From positions 93,992,001-94,056,000 of the forward strand of contig OY740784.1 of the NCBI GenBank assembly GCA_963514005.1: a DNA stretch of 64,000 nt. The letters are read 5' to 3'. This DNA comes from Raja brachyura. Lineage: Eukaryota. The notes under the pieces are model-generated. The model searched no databases, had not been told where the DNA came from, and saw only the letters and a program-made list of their open reading frames with translations. How positions within the stretch are numbered: the first letter of the stretch is position 1; the number at the start of each line of letters is the position of its first letter. Below are positions 61,011 to 64,000 of this stretch, piece after piece. Position numbers and translations under genes: made by a program.

Positions 61011-62561
61011 GGGTACACAAAAGGCTGGAGAAACTCAGCGGGTGCAGCAGCATCTAAGGAGCGAAGGAGATAGGCGATGTTTCGGGTCGAAACCCTTCTT
61101 CAGACTGGTTAGGGATCAGGGAAACGAGAGATATAGACGGTGATCTGGAGAGATAAAGAACAATGAATGAAAGATATGCAAAAAAGTATCGATGATAAAG
61201 GAAACAGGCCATTGTAAGCTGTTTGTAGTGTGAAAATAAGAAGCTAGTGCGACTTGGGTGGGGGAGAGATAGAGAGAGAGGGAATGCCAGGGCCCGAGGG
61301 CTGAGGGAGAGGTGGGAAGGGGAGGAGACAGCAAGGGTTAACAGAATTGAGAAAATTCAATGTTCAAGCCCTGAGGATGCAGACTCCCCAAGCGGAATAT
61401 GAGGTGCTGTTCCTCCAACTTGCGGTGTTGCTCACTCTGGCTGTGGAGGAGGCCCAGGACCGAGAGGTCGGATACAGAATGGGAGGGGGAGTTGAAGTGC
61501 TGAGCCACCGGGAGGTCGGGTTGGTTATTGCGGACCAAGCAGAGGTGTTCGGCGAAACGATCGCCAAGCCTCCGCTTGGTCTCATCGATATAGATCAGCT
61601 GGCATCTGGAGCAACGGATACAGTGGATGAGGTTGGAGGAGGTGCAGGTGATCCTCTGTCGGACCTGGAAGGACTGCTTGGGTCCCTGAAAGGAGTGGAG
61701 GGGGGAGGTGAAGGGACAAGTGTAGCATCTCTTGCGGCTGCAAGGGAAAGTGCCCGGGGAAGGGGTGGAGCGGGAGGGAAGGGCAGAATTGACAAGGGAG
61801 TTGCGGAGGGAGCGGTCTTTGCGGAAGGCAGACAGGGGGGGAGATGGGAAGACGTGGCGAATGGAGGGGTCACGTTGGAGGTGGTGAAACTGGCAGAGGA
61901 CTATGTGTTGTATATGCCGGCTGGTGGGGTGAAAGGTGAGGACCAGGGGGACTCTGCCCTTGTTGTCAGTGGGGGAATGGGGAGAGAGGGCAGTGTTGCG
62001 GGGTATGGAGGAGACCCTGGTGCGAGCCTCATCTATAGTGGGGGAGGGGAATCCCCGTTCTCTGAAGAATGAGGACATTTGTGATGACCTGGTGTGGAAC
62101 ATCTCATCCTGGGAGCAGATGCGGCATAGACGGAGGAATTGGGAATAGGGGATGGAGTCCTTACAGGAGGCAGGGTGGGAGGAAGAGTAGTCCAGGTAGC
62201 TGTGGGAGTCAGTTGGTTTGTAGTGGATGTCGCAGGAGTGTATCACCTGCAATAGAGATGGTGAGGTCAAGGAATGGTAGGGAAATGTCAGAAATGGTCC
62301 AAGTGTATTTGAGTGCCGGATGGAAGTTGGTGGTGAAATGGATGAAGTCAGTCAGTTGTGTGTGGGTGCAGGAGGTGACACCAAAGCAGTCGTCGATGTA
62401 ACGGAGGTAGAGGTCGGGGATGGGGCCTTGGTACGCCGAGAACAAGGATTGTTCGACGTACCCGACAAAGAGGCAGGCGTAGCTGGGGCCCATGCGTGTG
62501 CCGATAGCTACACCTTGTGTTTGGAGGAAATGGGAGGAGTCAAAAGAGAAGTTATTGAAGG
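61011..62561 (-). mobile_element. Penelope-like element (Neptune type), 5'-truncated: RT C-terminal half, Cys linker, GIY-YIG endonuclease, pLTR with hammerhead
   Basis: GTRMGPSYACLF..YLRYIDDCFG..LPFLDLTI; HYKPTDSHSYL; CSRKRCYTC linker; NLIHCIRCSRCQLIYIDETKRRLGDRFAEH; one frameshift near 62230. Confidence 0.93.
61073..61107 (-). ncRNA. Minimal hammerhead ribozyme motif in Penelope pLTR
   Basis: CUGAAGA-A-GGGUU(UC)GACCC-GAAACAUC, 3' of the endonuclease ORF. Confidence 0.7.
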
Positions 62562-64000
62562 ATCAGTACCCCATTCCTGGTTTTTTCCCCATATCCCTTG
62601 ATTCCTTTAGCCCTAAGAGCTAAATCTAATTCTCTCTTGAAAACATCCATTGAATTGGCTTCCACTGCCTTCTGTGGCAGAAATTTCCACAGATTCACAA
62701 CTTTCTGGGTGAAGAGGTTTTTCCTTCATTTCAGTTCTAAATGGACTACCCTTATTCTTAAACTGTGACCCCTGGTTCTGGACTCCCCCAACATCGGGAA
62801 CATTTTTCCTGCATCCAGCCTATCCAATCCTTTAAGAATTTTATATATTTCTGTAAGATCCGCTCTCATCCTTCTGATTCCTTATGATTCATTTTCATCA
62901 ACAGTTATCTATTTTGTTTCTCATGGATTTATTTACCCTTTCTGTCCACCATGCAAGCATGGTTACAATATACTTGCTGTCTCTGAAGAATAAGTGCTTC
63001 TTTCTAAGCATGAGATGTTATTTAATCTTCTTAATATATTGCTGAAGCCTCATGTGCATAGTTTTTCTATCCATTATTCAATTTTAATTCTGCTTTGTGG
63101 CAGAAATTCATATTCCTGCAAATGAATGTATGTTCTATTACCCTACTTCCTGATCGATATGTCATTATGTTCATTTATTTCAACTACTTCATTACGATGC
63201 AATAGCAGGTAATCTTGATCTTAAAATCAATCCCTAATTACCTACAATATGCTAAATATTCTTGAAAAATGTGGGTAATTAGGGATTAATTTTAAATTGA
63301 AGATACAGTATAACCCAGGAAGTAACTTTCAAGAGAAGCTTAAAAAGTACATAGATTGTGAGATTTCCAGGTATGTGCAATATTCTACTCACTGCATATA
63401 CACAGGATCATTTAGCGTCAATGAGTTGCATGAGTTGGAATTCTACACGGATCCTTTCTCTCTCTAATCGTAATACTGATGGAAAATCAGCAGATCTCTA
63501 GTAACTGATGGAATCTGTGTGGGTCTGGGTTATGCTGCATATTTATAATTGTTCCAAGGCATAGGTCTGTCTTCCATTGATTTTGGTAAGAAATTTGGAA
63601 AATCTTCGGAAAAATTCTGAATTGATCAATGTAATTAAATTATATGTGTAATATATTTATTGCGGTTTGTTAAAAACCATTAAAAATGTTTAAACATGTC
63701 AGCATGATGAATATTAATAACATTGGTTTCCCCAGCTACACAAGATTGATTTTCAAAATATATATGATAATTTGAAAATTATATTTTCTTGCATTGTTTG
63801 AGTATAAAATACTATTTAAAATATGCAGTAGATGAAAAGTGTTTTATACTAAAATAATGAAGGTTAAATTGTTTTACTTGTTTTCTCCTTTTACTATTTG
63901 TATAATTAACATCATATTATTTTGTAGAATTTAATGAAAACTATGATTTTAAGGTCAAACAACGGTGGTGCCATTGTTAACATAGAAATAGAAAACATAG

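Larger units (their letters stand above)
60913..62875 (-). mobile_element. CR1 3' end split by the Penelope element (60913-61010 and 62562-62875)
   Basis: The CR1 UTR rejoins across ATCAATA / ATCAGTA, a probable 7-bp TSD. Confidence 0.85.

Noticed and set aside
61347-62601. Plus-strand ORFs of 241, 110 and 93 aa
   Set aside because: Antisense shadows of the Penelope ORF.
63380-63490. Possible minus-strand exon with AG acceptor and GTGAGT donor
   Set aside because: All three frames contain stops.

Overview
Eukaryotic, repeat-dense, apparently intergenic or intronic DNA. The repeat set (CR1 LINEs with TTTCTATG and TTATATGG tails, V-SINE/HE1-type and Deu-type SINEs, Neptune Penelope, L1, Rex1) suggests a cartilaginous fish such as a skate; that is inferred from recalled repeat families, not from a search. 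I could not support any host protein-coding gene, tRNA, rRNA or CRISPR array. The window is a mosaic of nested mobile elements: a decayed DIRS pol region (1-1510); an endogenous retrovirus 5' LTR with a tRNA-Pro primer-binding site (1962-2760) and a related solo LTR (33842-34610); a full-length decayed L1 with target-site duplication (TSD); a 5'-truncated L1 whose ORF2 is still open for over 1000 codons; a Tc1 relic; Harbinger MITEs and a Myb/SANT relic; non-autonomous Helitrons carrying different minisatellites; many CR1 and Rex1 fragments; and a Neptune-type Penelope element. The most notable observation is a set of 80-140 bp Penelope-derived insertions carrying a minimal hammerhead ribozyme motif, several with 5' ends almost exactly at the catalytic core. 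All coordinates were read by eye and may be off by a few bases. No alignments or database searches were run.
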